Of a DNA stretch of 53,647 nt, positions 7,270-17,018 are shown piece after piece. This DNA comes from Verrucomicrobiota bacterium. Its GTDB lineage: Bacteria; Verrucomicrobiota; Kiritimatiellia; CAIQIC01; JAGNIJ01. The notes under the pieces are model-generated. The model ran no database searches. It was given only the letters and a program-made list of their open reading frames with translations, and was not told where the DNA came from. The position numbers were made by a program, and so were the translations under genes. The stretch's first letter is position 1, and each line of letters opens with the position of its first letter. Where the stretch lies: positions 1-53,647 of the forward strand of contig JAHJJH010000240.1 in the NCBI GenBank assembly GCA_018823105.1, read 5' to 3'.

Positions 7270-8205
7270 ATGGGCATCACCGTCAGACAGTTCCTGGACA
7301 CGGGGGGGGCCAGCCTGGGCCTGGCCTTGGTGGCGGGGGAGAAGTACCTGGACCGGATTGTGCCGGAGGAGGCGCTCAACCGGCCCGGCCTGGCGCTGGC
7401 CGGGTTCCTGCGCTACTTCGCCTTCCGGCGCATCCAGGTGCTCGGGCTGGCGGAGATGACCTACCTGAAGACGCTGGCGGACGCCGAGCGCTCGGCGCGG
7501 CTGAAGCAGTTCTTCGAGAGCCAGATCCCCTGCGTCGTGGTGACGCGCAGTCGCCACCTGTTCCCGGAGATGGAGGAGATGGCCGAGCACGGCCACGTGC
7601 CGGTACTGAAGACCTCGATGGTCACCAGCCGGTTCATCAACGAGGCCACCATCATCATGGAGAACCTCGTGGCCCCGAGGCTGCGGGCGCAGGGGACCAT
7701 GGTGGACATCCTGGGCATCGGCGTCCTCATCGAGGGGAAGCCCGGGATCGGCAAGAGTGAAACCGCCCTGGCCCTCATCGAGCGCGGGCATAGCCTGGTG
7801 GCCGACGACCTCACCGTCTTGCGCCGGGACAGCAGCGGGGTTATCATCGGGGCGGCGGTGGAGATCACCAGCTGTCACATGGAGATCCGCGGGCTGGGCA
7901 TCATCCACGTGCCCAGCCTCTTCGGCGTGGCCTCCATGCGGAAGGAGATGCGGCTGGACCTGATCGTCCGGCTTCACCGGCCGGAGCCGGGCGATGAGGA
8001 TGAGCGGACGGGGCTGAACCCGCAGCATCGCGAGGTGCTGGGCGTCCCTATCCCCGTGATCACCATCCCCGTGGCGGCCGGGCGCGACCTGGCCCACGTG
8101 GTGGAAGTGGCCGCCCTGAACCAGAAGCTCAAGCAGATGGGCCACGACGCGGCCAAGGAACTGGACGAGAAACTGATGAAGACGCTGACCCGGCAGCCGT
8201 CATGA
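7270..8205 (+). CDS. hprK: HPr kinase/phosphorylase
   Basis: P-loop GKPGIGKSETAL, plus LVADD and MEIRGLGII. A TTG at 7261 is an alternative start. Confidence 0.9.
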   Translation: MGITVRQFLDTGGASLGLALVAGEKYLDRIVPEEALNRPGLALAGFLRYFAFRRIQVLGLAEMTYLKTLADAERSARLKQFFESQIPCVVVTRSRHLFPEMEEMAEHGHVPVLKTSMVTSRFINEATIIMENLVAPRLRAQGTMVDILGIGVLIEGKPGIGKSETALALIERGHSLVADDLTVLRRDSSGVIIGAAVEITSCHMEIRGLGIIHVPSLFGVASMRKEMRLDLIVRLHRPEPGDEDERTGLNPQHREVLGVPIPVITIPVAAGRDLAHVVEVAALNQKLKQMGHDAAKELDEKLMKTLTRQPS

Positions 8206-8206
8206 C

Positions 8207-8512
8207 ATGAGCGCGAGCCGAACAGAGCCGGCCTCCGGGGCCGGGACCGCGACGCGGGAGATGACGATCGTCAACCGTTACGGGATCCATGCCCGGCCGG
8301 CGGCCCTGTTCGTCAAGACGGCCAGCCGGTTCACCTCCGAGATCATGGTCGAGAAGGACGGTTCCGTGGTGTCGGCCAAGAGCATCATGGGCCTGCTCAC
8401 CATCGAGGGAAGCATGGGCACGGTGCTGAAACTGAGGGCCACCGGCCCGGACGCCGAGGAGGCGCTTGACGCGCTTCAGGAACTGATCGAAAAAAAGTTT
8501 TACGAGGATTAA
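8207..8512 (+). CDS. ptsH: Phosphocarrier protein HPr
   Basis: Active-site GIHARPAALF (His15 equivalent) and the regulatory serine motif SAKSIMGLL. Confidence 0.85.
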   Translation: MSASRTEPASGAGTATREMTIVNRYGIHARPAALFVKTASRFTSEIMVEKDGSVVSAKSIMGLLTIEGSMGTVLKLRATGPDAEEALDALQELIEKKFYED

Positions 8513-8517
8513 GGCCC

Positions 8518-10299
8518 ATGGCGGACACCCCCACCCCAGCGCCCGCGGAAATAGAACTCAAGGGCATCGGCGTCTCGCCTGGCGTAGTGGTCGGGCCGGT
8601 CTTTCTCGCCACGACCGAGGAAGAACGGCTGGTCGAGCGCGACATCGCCGAGGAGGAAATCCCGCGCGAAATCGCCCGCTTCGAGGAGGCCCTGATCGTC
8701 ACCCGCCAGCAGATCCACGAGATCCAGCAGAAGGTCACCGAGGCCATCGGCCAGGAGAGCGCCAGCATCTTCGACGCGCACCTGCTGGTGGTGGACGACC
8801 GGTCCTTCGTGGAGGAGGTGATCCGGGGGCTTGGCGACCAGCGCCGCAACGTGGAATCCGTATTGAGCGTCGTGGCCGATCGCTACGCCCAGGCGCTGGC
8901 CCGGCTGGAGGACGACTACCTGCGCGAGCGCGCCGCGGACGTGCGCGACGTGACCCGGCGCATCTTGCGGAACCTGGCGGGGCGCAGCGCCTCGCTGCTG
9001 AGCCGGCTGGATCGGCCTTACCTCATCATCGCCAACGACCTGGCCCCGTCGGAAACGGCCACGCTGAACCGGGAGAAAGTGCTGGGATTCGCCACCGACC
9101 TCGGTAGCCCCACGTCGCACACGGCCATCATGGCCCGCGCGCTCTCCATCCCGGCCATCGTCGGGCTTCACGATGTCAGCGTGCGCGTCTCGACGGGCGA
9201 CCCGGTGCTCATCGACGGGCACAAGGGGCTGCTTTACATCCACCCCACGCGCGAACGCCTCGAGGAGTACGGCAAGATCGCCGAGGCGCGCCAATCCATC
9301 CAGGCCCGGTTGAGCGACTTGCGCGAGCAGCGGCCCGTCACGCGCGACGGGTACGAGCTGACGCTCTCGGCCAACATTGAGATGCCCGGCGACGTGGACT
9401 CCGTCCTGGCCGCGGGCGCGACCGGCGTCGGGCTCTTCCGCACGGAATACATTTACCTCTCCATGCAGCATCTCCCGACGGAGGAGGAGCAGACCGCCGC
9501 CTACGAGGAAGTGGCCCGGCGCGTGGCCCCGGAGCCGTGCATCATCCGCACCCTCGACCTGGGCGGCGACAAGTTCCTGTCGCACCTGAAGACGCCGTCG
9601 GAGCTCAATCCGTTCATGGGCTGGCGGGCGATCCGTTTCTGCCTGGCCCAGCCGGAGATTTTCAAGACGCAGTTGCGCGCCATCCTGCGGGCCAGCCGGC
9701 ACGAGAACGTCAGGATCATGTACCCGATGGTCAGCAACGTCGGCGAGGTGCTCCGCGCCAATGCCTTCCTGGAGGAGGCCAAGAACGAGTTGCGCCTGCA
9801 GGACGCGCCGTTCAACGAGGCGATCGAAGTCGGCGTGATGATCGAGGTGCCCTCCGCGGCCATTACCGCCGACCTGATCGCCCCGCACGTGGCCTTCTTC
9901 AGCCTCGGCACCAACGACCTCGTCCAGTACACGCTGGCCGTGGATCGCGTCAACGAACGCGTGGCCTATCTCTACGAGCCGACCCACCCGGCGATCGTCC
10001 ATCTCATCCGCAACACCATCGACGTGGCCCACCAGCACGGGATCTGGGTGGGGATCTGCGGGGAAATGGCCGGGAATCCCGTCATGACACCGCTGCTGCT
10101 GGGGTTGGGTGTAGACGAGTTGAGCATGAGCCCCTCCGCGATCCCCCTCGTCAAGGAGGTCGTTCGCAGCCTGCGTTTTACCGAGGCGGAGGAGCTGGCC
10201 CGGAAAGTCCTGCCGTCGGGTTCGGCCGCGGAGGTCCTGGAAGCCTGCCGGGAGCTTACCGGGCGGGTGGCGCCGGATGTGCTTGAACTTGTCAGTTGA
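8518..10299 (+). CDS. ptsI: Phosphoenolpyruvate-protein phosphotransferase (Enzyme I)
   Basis: GSPTSHTAIMARAL (phospho-His), SLGTNDLVQYTLA and GICGEMAG. Confidence 0.93.
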   Translation: MADTPTPAPAEIELKGIGVSPGVVVGPVFLATTEEERLVERDIAEEEIPREIARFEEALIVTRQQIHEIQQKVTEAIGQESASIFDAHLLVVDDRSFVEEVIRGLGDQRRNVESVLSVVADRYAQALARLEDDYLRERAADVRDVTRRILRNLAGRSASLLSRLDRPYLIIANDLAPSETATLNREKVLGFATDLGSPTSHTAIMARALSIPAIVGLHDVSVRVSTGDPVLIDGHKGLLYIHPTRERLEEYGKIAEARQSIQARLSDLREQRPVTRDGYELTLSANIEMPGDVDSVLAAGATGVGLFRTEYIYLSMQHLPTEEEQTAAYEEVARRVAPEPCIIRTLDLGGDKFLSHLKTPSELNPFMGWRAIRFCLAQPEIFKTQLRAILRASRHENVRIMYPMVSNVGEVLRANAFLEEAKNELRLQDAPFNEAIEVGVMIEVPSAAITADLIAPHVAFFSLGTNDLVQYTLAVDRVNERVAYLYEPTHPAIVHLIRNTIDVAHQHGIWVGICGEMAGNPVMTPLLLGLGVDELSMSPSAIPLVKEVVRSLRFTEAEELARKVLPSGSAAEVLEACRELTGRVAPDVLELVS

Positions 10300-10344
10300 A
10301 CAAGGCAGAGTAGCCACCCCATTCTAACTTGGAAGGAGTCAACC

Positions 10345-11523
10345 ATGTCGCATCATAGATACCTGTTTACGTCGGAATCGGTTACCGAGGGCCATCCCGA
10401 CAAGCTGTGCGACGGCATCTCCGATGCCGTGCTGGACGCCTGCCTGACCCAGGACCCGAAAAGCCGCGTGGCCTGCGAGACGCTGGCCAAGACCGGCATG
10501 GTCGTCGTCGCCGGCGAGATCACCACCCAGGCCGTCGTCAATTTCTCCGACGTCGTCCGCCAGAAGGTCATCCGGACGGGCTATGTCAGTTCGGACATGG
10601 GCTTCGACGGCCACACCTGCGCCGTCATCGTCGCCCTCGACCGGCAGTCGCCGGACATCAAGCAGGGCGTGGATGCGGCCAAGGCCAAGGGCAAGGCCAC
10701 GGCCCAGCAGGGCGCGGGCGACCAGGGGATGATGTTCGGCTACGCGTGCGACGAGACACGCGAGCTGATGCCCATGCCGATCATGCTGGCACACCGCCTG
10801 ACCCGCGGCCTCGCCCGGATGCGGCGGTCCGGCCGGCTGCCCTTCGTCCGTCCGGACGGCAAGTCCCAGGTTACCGTGGTGTACGAAGAGAACCGCCCGG
10901 TGCGCGTGGACACGGTGGTCGTCTCCACGCAACACGACCCCGAGGTGACGCACAAGAAGTTAAGCGAAGGCATCATCGAGGAACTGATCAAGAAGGAAAT
11001 CCCGGCGAAGATGATGGATCGGAAGACCCGGTTCCTCGTCAATCCGACCGGCCGTTTCGTGGTCGGCGGCCCGCAGGGCGATTGCGGGGTGACGGGACGC
11101 AAGATCATCGTGGACACCTACGGCGGCATGGGGCGCCACGGCGGGGGGGCCTTCTCCGGGAAGGACCCCAGCAAGGTGGATCGCAGCGCGGCCTACATGG
11201 CCCGCTACGTCGCCAAGAACATTGTGGCCGCCAAGCTGGCGCGGCGCTGCGAGGTGCAAGTGGCCTATGCCATCGGGTATCCCGAGCCGGTCTCCGTGCT
11301 GGTCGAGACCTTCGGCACCGGCCTCGCCTCGGACACCAGGATCGAGAGGGCCATTCGTCGCGTGTTCGGGCTCAAGCCGGCCGAGATCATCAAAGGACTC
11401 AACCTGCTGCGGCCGATTTACGAGGCCACGGCGGCCTACGGCCATTTCGGGCGGACCACCGGCCTGGACCACTTCACGTGGGAGAGGACGGACAAAGTGG
11501 ATGCCCTGCTGGATGCCGTCTGA
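10345..11523 (+). CDS. metK: S-adenosylmethionine synthase
   Basis: [20 protein letters not shown] and [22 protein letters not shown] box sits 8 nt upstream. Confidence 0.95.
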   Translation: MSHHRYLFTSESVTEGHPDKLCDGISDAVLDACLTQDPKSRVACETLAKTGMVVVAGEITTQAVVNFSDVVRQKVIRTGYVSSDMGFDGHTCAVIVALDRQSPDIKQGVDAAKAKGKATAQQGAGDQGMMFGYACDETRELMPMPIMLAHRLTRGLARMRRSGRLPFVRPDGKSQVTVVYEENRPVRVDTVVVSTQHDPEVTHKKLSEGIIEELIKKEIPAKMMDRKTRFLVNPTGRFVVGGPQGDCGVTGRKIIVDTYGGMGRHGGGAFSGKDPSKVDRSAAYMARYVAKNIVAAKLARRCEVQVAYAIGYPEPVSVLVETFGTGLASDTRIERAIRRVFGLKPAEIIKGLNLLRPIYEATAAYGHFGRTTGLDHFTWERTDKVDALLDAV

Positions 11524-11666
11524 AGAACGGGGCCGCAGGCCGGGCGCCAATTTCCTGCTCTCCCGGGAAGACGGGGGGCGGGTTGTTCTTGCCATAGTCC
11601 GCGCAGACAGTTATAGGAATATTTACGCATTATACTTAGTTTGACGTGGGAGAAAGGAGTGTTCCC

Positions 11667-12026
11667 ATGAAAAGGAAGCTAACCTTGTGGGGCGTCGTCG
11701 TCTTGGCTCTAGCGGTGCTGGGGTTGGCGGGTTGTGCATCGCCGGGGAAGAACGTCAGTAAGCTGCGCCTGGGGGACACCCCGGAAGTGGTGCTGGACAA
11801 GATGGGCAAGCCGAACACCGTGCGGGCGTCCAAGGTATACGAGGATGAGAGTTCCGTGGAGATATGGGAATACCTGCCCGGGGTGTTCACCTTCTACCCC
11901 AAGGCCTATTGGCTTTATGTCGAGGACGGCCGGCTGGTCCAATGGGGTGAGCCGGGCGACTTTGCCGGCAAGTCCGGCAGCAACGTGCCGGTGGGCGAAT
12001 ACAGCGACAAGAAGCGGCTGAACTGA
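11667..12026 (+). CDS. Small lipoprotein of unknown function
   Basis: AAAGGAG box, then ATG at 11667. Lipobox LGLAGC. About 119 aa. Confidence 0.6.
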   Translation: MKRKLTLWGVVVLALAVLGLAGCASPGKNVSKLRLGDTPEVVLDKMGKPNTVRASKVYEDESSVEIWEYLPGVFTFYPKAYWLYVEDGRLVQWGEPGDFAGKSGSNVPVGEYSDKKRLN

Positions 12027-12033
12027 TCGCGTT

Positions 12034-12096
12034 CGCCGTCCTCCCCCAGGCGACACGCGGCCCGGCCCGGCGGGGGGGCGGACAGGCCTTTTTTTC
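12034..12096 (+). terminator. Putative intrinsic terminator after the lipoprotein gene
   Basis: cgccgtcctccccc (12034-12047) can pair with gggggggcggacaggc (12072-12087), followed by T7 at 12089-12095. The loop is large and the stem imperfect. Confidence 0.45.
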
Positions 12097-12105
12097 TCTG
12101 CGCAG

Positions 12106-13482
12106 GTGAGCCCAACGGAGAGAGCACGTTTGTACCATAGCACGCGACAGAACGGACCGCTTGGAAGCGGGCGGCTTGGCCTCTTGTGCCGGGTCGCCCT
12201 GTTCGTGGGGATGATCGGCGGCCTGGTTTCTCCCGCCGCGGCCCAGTTTCTCCGCCTGGGCATCTTTGACCTTGCCGCGGAGACGAGCCTCAAGGCCATC
12301 TATACCACCAACGTGGAGGGGCAGCGCGAATCGGAGGCGACGGAGGAGATGAAAGACTTCTACATCGTTCCCTCCCTCAGCCTTTCTGGTAATGCCCCTT
12401 TTGGCCGCAGCACCCAGCTTACCCTCGACACCAGCTTTGGAATGGAGAAACACTTTGTGCGAACGGACCTGGACAGCGAATCCGCGCCCTTCGGCCGCCT
12501 GCGACTGGACAGCCGGACCGAATTGGGGCGCTATTCCCTGGGCCTGTACGGCGGCCTGGAGCGGGCGTTGGAGGAAAGGGAGGATCGTTTTGTTCCGGGC
12601 GGGCGCAAGAAGAGGGATCCCACGGACACCCTGGAATACGGGGGCGAGTTGAGGTGGGAGTGGCGGAATCTCAAGCTGAGTGGGAAGCCCGACTTCACGG
12701 CTGAACGTCACCGCGAAGAGGAGTTCCGGGACGGCGACCAGGATGAACTATCTATGGCGTTTGACGCGGCCATCCAACTCCGACAGGACCTTTCGGCCAA
12801 GTACAGTTACGAGCAGACCCGCACCGAAATACTCAACGATCCCGATGACAACCCGGAATGGGACACCACGGAAAGCATCACCCTGGACTGGAATCTGCCG
12901 TTGTGGGAACGGCCCACGATTACCTACAGCCTGGGCGTGGAGCGCGAGACCAAGGACGGGGTGAGTGGAGACTGGGAATTGACGCATCGCTTGAGCATGA
13001 CCGGCGACTGGGAAATCTTCCCCGCGGCGGGGGCCTTGCGGCTTTCACTCAACGCCTCCTACCAATACGAGAAGGATCCGGAGGAGGATGATATCACGTT
13101 CACGTACGGGGCCGACCTCGAGCACGAGATTTCCCGGACCGCTCGGCAGCGGCTCTCCGCGAAGCGCGAGCCGGTGGAGACGTTTGGCTCCAAGAACGAT
13201 ACCGACAGCACCACGCTGGACTACACCTTTACCAAACAGGATTTGTTCATCTATAATCTCCAACTGATGCTCGGCGTAAGTTGGTCGCGCGACGCGCCTA
13301 TGGAAGAAGGCGCCGTGGTCGAGAAGACTTTGGAATACACGGTGGGCTTGACGCACTCCCGAGACCTTTCTCGCAAGCTTGCCAGGGATCTGGCCTATGA
13401 GTACAGTCTCGAGGACTCGAACTTGGAAGCGGAAATGCTGCAAGAACACAGGGTAACCCTGACGTTGACCTACACGTTCTGA
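12106..13482 (+). CDS. Putative outer-membrane beta-barrel protein of the polysaccharide-export module (start uncertain)
   Basis: Signal-like LLCRVALFVGMIGGLVSPAAAQ. Alternating beta-strand pattern. C-terminal ...LTLTYTF ends in Phe, an OMP signature. Immediately upstream of the Wza-like gene. Confidence 0.5.
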   Translation: MSPTERARLYHSTRQNGPLGSGRLGLLCRVALFVGMIGGLVSPAAAQFLRLGIFDLAAETSLKAIYTTNVEGQRESEATEEMKDFYIVPSLSLSGNAPFGRSTQLTLDTSFGMEKHFVRTDLDSESAPFGRLRLDSRTELGRYSLGLYGGLERALEEREDRFVPGGRKKRDPTDTLEYGGELRWEWRNLKLSGKPDFTAERHREEEFRDGDQDELSMAFDAAIQLRQDLSAKYSYEQTRTEILNDPDDNPEWDTTESITLDWNLPLWERPTITYSLGVERETKDGVSGDWELTHRLSMTGDWEIFPAAGALRLSLNASYQYEKDPEEDDITFTYGADLEHEISRTARQRLSAKREPVETFGSKNDTDSTTLDYTFTKQDLFIYNLQLMLGVSWSRDAPMEEGAVVEKTLEYTVGLTHSRDLSRKLARDLAYEYSLEDSNLEAEMLQEHRVTLTLTYTF

Positions 13483-13501
13483 CGGGCGGGAGAGACTGGG
13501 G

Positions 13502-14695
13502 ATGGCCACGGAGCAAAAAAGCGCGCGAAGACAATACGGATGTCTAGGGGTGGCGTGTGCGCTCCTCGTGGCCGGGATGTCTGCTGAGGCGCAGGGACAA
13601 CTATCCAAGATGTTGCCGGACGCGGTCCGCCGCATCATGGCCGGCGACCGGCTGCGCATCTCCGTGCAGGAAGATCCCAGCCTGAATCGCGTATACACCG
13701 TGGCCGGCGACGGCACGGTGGACCTGGGATTCGTGGGGCGCCTGGTCCTCGAAGAACTGGCCATTGACGAGGCAGCCGACTTTATTGAGCGCAAGCTGGA
13801 GGAGTCCTATTTCAAGCAGGCCACGGTCGGCATCGAGATTTCGGAGTTTGTCGAGGGCGCCATCCTGGTGGTCGGCGCGCTTCACAGCCCCGGGACCATC
13901 GCTTTCCGCGGGGACCAGATGGTGACGTTGATGGAGGTCATCACGATGTCCGGCGGCCTGACGCGCGAGGCGGCGGGCAACGAGGTGCGGATCCTGCGGT
14001 GGAAAGCGGGTGGGGGGATGGGCCGGCAGATCCTGACCGTGGATGTGCAGACGATGCTGGAGACCCTGGACTTCAGCCGGGACCAGTTCCTGCGTCCGCG
14101 CGACATCGTTTTTGTGCCCTCGCTGGGCGCCAGCGAAACGCGCAAGGAGTTCCTGGCCCTGGGCGCGGTGGGCGCGCCGGGGTTCCATCCCCACACGGAC
14201 GGGTTGGATGTCATCCGGACGGTCATGCGCATCGGGGGCATCGCGCGTGACGGCATTTGGAGCGCCGCGCGCATCCTGCGCCCGGATAAGACCGGCGCCT
14301 ACCAGGTCATCCCCGTGGATCTCGGGCGTCTGTTTGGCGCCGCCGAAACAAGCTTGAATGTGCCGGTGCTGGCCGGTGATATTTTCTTCGTGCCGTATGC
14401 CGAGCAGGCCAGTCGCGGCCAGGTTTATCTGTTGGGCGAGGTGGCCAAGCCCGGGGCCGTGTCCCTGGGCATGGGGCAGGAGAACACCCTGGCACGACTG
14501 CTGCTGACGGGGGGCGGACTGGGCAAGTTCGCCAACGACAGCAAGATCCGGATTCTGCGCGAGGCGCCGGACGGTACCCGCCAGACGCTGTATGTGGATG
14601 TCGGGCGTATCATCAAGACGGGCAACTTTGACGAGGATGTGCCCCTGCAGAACGGCGATGTGGTCATCGTGCCCGAGAAATTGTTGAGCTTCTGA
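13502..14695 (+). CDS. Polysaccharide export protein (Wza/OPX-like: Poly_export plus SLBB domains)
   Basis: GDRLRISVQEDPSLNRVYTVAGDGTVDLGFVGRL (Poly_export signature) and repeated SLBB-like segments ending in GDVVIVP. Confidence 0.8.
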   Translation: MATEQKSARRQYGCLGVACALLVAGMSAEAQGQLSKMLPDAVRRIMAGDRLRISVQEDPSLNRVYTVAGDGTVDLGFVGRLVLEELAIDEAADFIERKLEESYFKQATVGIEISEFVEGAILVVGALHSPGTIAFRGDQMVTLMEVITMSGGLTREAAGNEVRILRWKAGGGMGRQILTVDVQTMLETLDFSRDQFLRPRDIVFVPSLGASETRKEFLALGAVGAPGFHPHTDGLDVIRTVMRIGGIARDGIWSAARILRPDKTGAYQVIPVDLGRLFGAAETSLNVPVLAGDIFFVPYAEQASRGQVYLLGEVAKPGAVSLGMGQENTLARLLLTGGGLGKFANDSKIRILREAPDGTRQTLYVDVGRIIKTGNFDEDVPLQNGDVVIVPEKLLSF

Positions 14696-14697
14696 AG

Positions 14698-16986
14698 ATG
14701 AAAAGCATGATTCAGCCCCCCGCCGTGACTGGAATTCATGGTCCCACCCCCCCCAGGCCCTCGGTGGCCGGGACCGGTGCGGCGCGTCAGTTCGACATCT
14801 TCGATATCAAACAGTACTTCCACATTGTTCTCAAGCGCATCTGGCTGGTGGCCCTGTGCTTCTTTATTTCCGTTGGCGTCACCATGGTTTTTGCCCTGCA
14901 GGAAGAACCGGTGTTTCGGGCCCGGGCTACGCTTCTGCTTAGCTGGGGGCTGCCGATTCCCGCGGCCTTGCGCCAGGAGGAGATCCAGTTGCGGGGCGAG
15001 TACCTGGCCACCCAGCAACTCATCCTTCAAAGCGGCATGATGGTATCCCGCGCGAAGGAACGGATCGCGCGTTCCGGCGGAAAGGCGGGTTCGTATAACG
15101 ATCTGCGGGTCTATCAGGTCTTGGCCACCTCGTTCATCGCCCTCGAATCGGATGGCCCGGATCCGGTATACGCGGCCGAATTCATCAACGCCCTGGCGGA
15201 GGAGTACCTTGATTTCAAGGCCGAGGAGCGGATGGATACCTCCCAGGCTACCGTGATCAGCCTGACCCAGCAGGCCAACCGCATTCTGGAGGAGTTGAAG
15301 AAGGCGGAGGGGCGCATGGTGGCCTTCGAAAAGGACAACAGCGTCGTGGCGCTCCAGGATCGCGGCAATGTGGCCGCCTCCTTTCTTGCCGACCTCGCCC
15401 ATCGCAGTGCGGGCTATCGAACGGAGCGGATGCTGCTGGAGACTCAACGCCCCCTGCTCACCGGCGTCTCCGATGATATCATTCTCAACATGCTGGCGTG
15501 GCCGTCCGCCGCGGCCTTGCAGCCCGCGGCGACGGGCGGCACCCTGAAGGAGGGCCGGGAAAGGACCGGCGAGACGGAAGAATCCACCGGACGCCGGGAA
15601 CGCTTGATCGAGTGGGGCGTGGTGGATCAACCGGGTTGGAGCGCGTTAAAGCGCGACCGGACCCGGCTCGAAGCGCAGTTGACCACGTATCGGGAGAAAT
15701 TCCGGGATAGCCATCCTTTAATCAAGCAGACCTTGGCCAAGATCGAAGAGAACCAGCAGGCCTTGGATGTCGAAGTGCAGTTTGCCATGAGCCAGTTCAA
15801 TGCTCGCTTGGAGTCGCTGACCCTCCTGGAGCAGTCCACCCAGCGGGTGGAGAAGGAATGGGAGGCAGACGCCATCGAGTCAACGCGTAAAAACCAAGAG
15901 TATAGGGCGTTACAGAGAAACGCGCAACGCCTGCAGAGCTTGTACGACTTGGTCTTTAATCGCCTCAAGGAAATTGATGTTTCCATCGGTATCGAACCCG
16001 AGACCGAGCGAATCATGGAGCCGGCGAAGCCCCCGACGTCGCCCATTACTACGCGCAAGGTGCAATCCATTGTCATTGCGGCGCTGGTGGGTCTGGGCAT
16101 CGGAATAGGCATGGTTTTCGGCCTGGAATACATTGATGACTCGCTGCGCTACCCGGAAGAGGTCAGCAAGTGGCTTAACCTGCCCTTCCTGGGCGTGGTG
16201 CCGACGGCCAAGTGGGACCCGCAGGACCTGCGGACGCATATGCTCGCGAATATTGACCAGAAGAGCGTGCTTGCGGAGTCGTATCGCAACCTCCGCTCCG
16301 CCTTTTTGTTCAGCGGTTCAGGAGACCGCGCACGGACCCTTCTGCTGACCTCGGCCGTTCCGCAGGAGGGAAAGACCACCACCGTCTTGAACCTCGCTGT
16401 CAGCCTGGCCCAGGTCGGATCCCGAGTGCTGATCGTGGATGGGGACCTCCGGCGCGGTGAACTGCACAAGTTCTTCGGGCTGGAAGGGGGCCGCGGCCTG
16501 TCGGATGTGTTGGTGGGCCAGGCGAAGCCCGATGCCGTCATCCAGCGCACGGGGATTCCCAATCTCGATTTCGTGGCCACCGGGCCGCTCCCCCCGAATG
16601 CCGCCGAGATCGTGCTGCGCCCGGAGATGAAGTCTTTCATGGAGTATGTGCGCCGGACCTACGACCGCGTCCTGTTTGACTGTCCGCCGGTCATGGCGGT
16701 CTCGGAGGCCGTCATCCTGGCCTCGATGGTGGACGCGGTCATCTTCGTGGTCTGGGCCGGTCAGACCTCCCGGAAGCTTGCGGGTCTGGCCATTCAACTG
16801 TTGCGGGAACGCGGCGCGACTGTCCTGGGCTGCGTGCTGAACAATCTCGAATTCGGGCGGGTGGGGTACTACTACTACTCCACGTACTACGGGTACTATG
16901 ACTACGAGACCGCGTATTCCGGCGTCACCGCCAAACCAGGCTCGACCCCGACGGCTCCCAATGGGAGCGATCTCAAGGGTCATTAA
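14698..16986 (+). CDS. Polysaccharide co-polymerase / tyrosine autokinase (Wzc/GumC, PCP-2a type)
   Basis: N-terminal TM, long coiled-coil periplasmic region, second TM, then a P-loop (VPQEGKTTTVLNLA), LIVDGDLRRGELHKFFG and a Tyr-rich tail (GYYYYSTYYGYYDYETAYSG). Confidence 0.85.
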   Translation: MKSMIQPPAVTGIHGPTPPRPSVAGTGAARQFDIFDIKQYFHIVLKRIWLVALCFFISVGVTMVFALQEEPVFRARATLLLSWGLPIPAALRQEEIQLRGEYLATQQLILQSGMMVSRAKERIARSGGKAGSYNDLRVYQVLATSFIALESDGPDPVYAAEFINALAEEYLDFKAEERMDTSQATVISLTQQANRILEELKKAEGRMVAFEKDNSVVALQDRGNVAASFLADLAHRSAGYRTERMLLETQRPLLTGVSDDIILNMLAWPSAAALQPAATGGTLKEGRERTGETEESTGRRERLIEWGVVDQPGWSALKRDRTRLEAQLTTYREKFRDSHPLIKQTLAKIEENQQALDVEVQFAMSQFNARLESLTLLEQSTQRVEKEWEADAIESTRKNQEYRALQRNAQRLQSLYDLVFNRLKEIDVSIGIEPETERIMEPAKPPTSPITTRKVQSIVIAALVGLGIGIGMVFGLEYIDDSLRYPEEVSKWLNLPFLGVVPTAKWDPQDLRTHMLANIDQKSVLAESYRNLRSAFLFSGSGDRARTLLLTSAVPQEGKTTTVLNLAVSLAQVGSRVLIVDGDLRRGELHKFFGLEGGRGLSDVLVGQAKPDAVIQRTGIPNLDFVATGPLPPNAAEIVLRPEMKSFMEYVRRTYDRVLFDCPPVMAVSEAVILASMVDAVIFVVWAGQTSRKLAGLAIQLLRERGATVLGCVLNNLEFGRVGYYYYSTYYGYYDYETAYSGVTAKPGSTPTAPNGSDLKGH

Positions 16987-17018
16987 TCCCGGAACCCATC
17001 CGGTCGGGAAACGATAGA

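Noticed and set aside
10300-10344. SAM riboswitch upstream of metK
   Set aside because: Only 45 nt separate the ptsI stop and the metK start, and these contain a plain GGAGG box. That is far too short for any SAM riboswitch class.
10407-11597. 396-aa + strand ORF in an alternative frame across metK, with analogous alternative-frame ORFs inside aroF, kdsA, ptsI, the aminotransferases and other genes
   Set aside because: The frame that encodes MetK carries every canonical motif. The alternative frame gives an Arg/Gly/Pro-rich, low-complexity product typical of off-frame translation in GC-rich DNA.
11524-11666. Sigma-70 promoter call in the A/T-rich stretch ttataggaatatttacgcattatacttagtttgac
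   Set aside because: The hexamers TTATAG and TATACT are present, but the spacing is off (about 14 nt) and the promoter consensus of this lineage is unknown. It is left unannotated.
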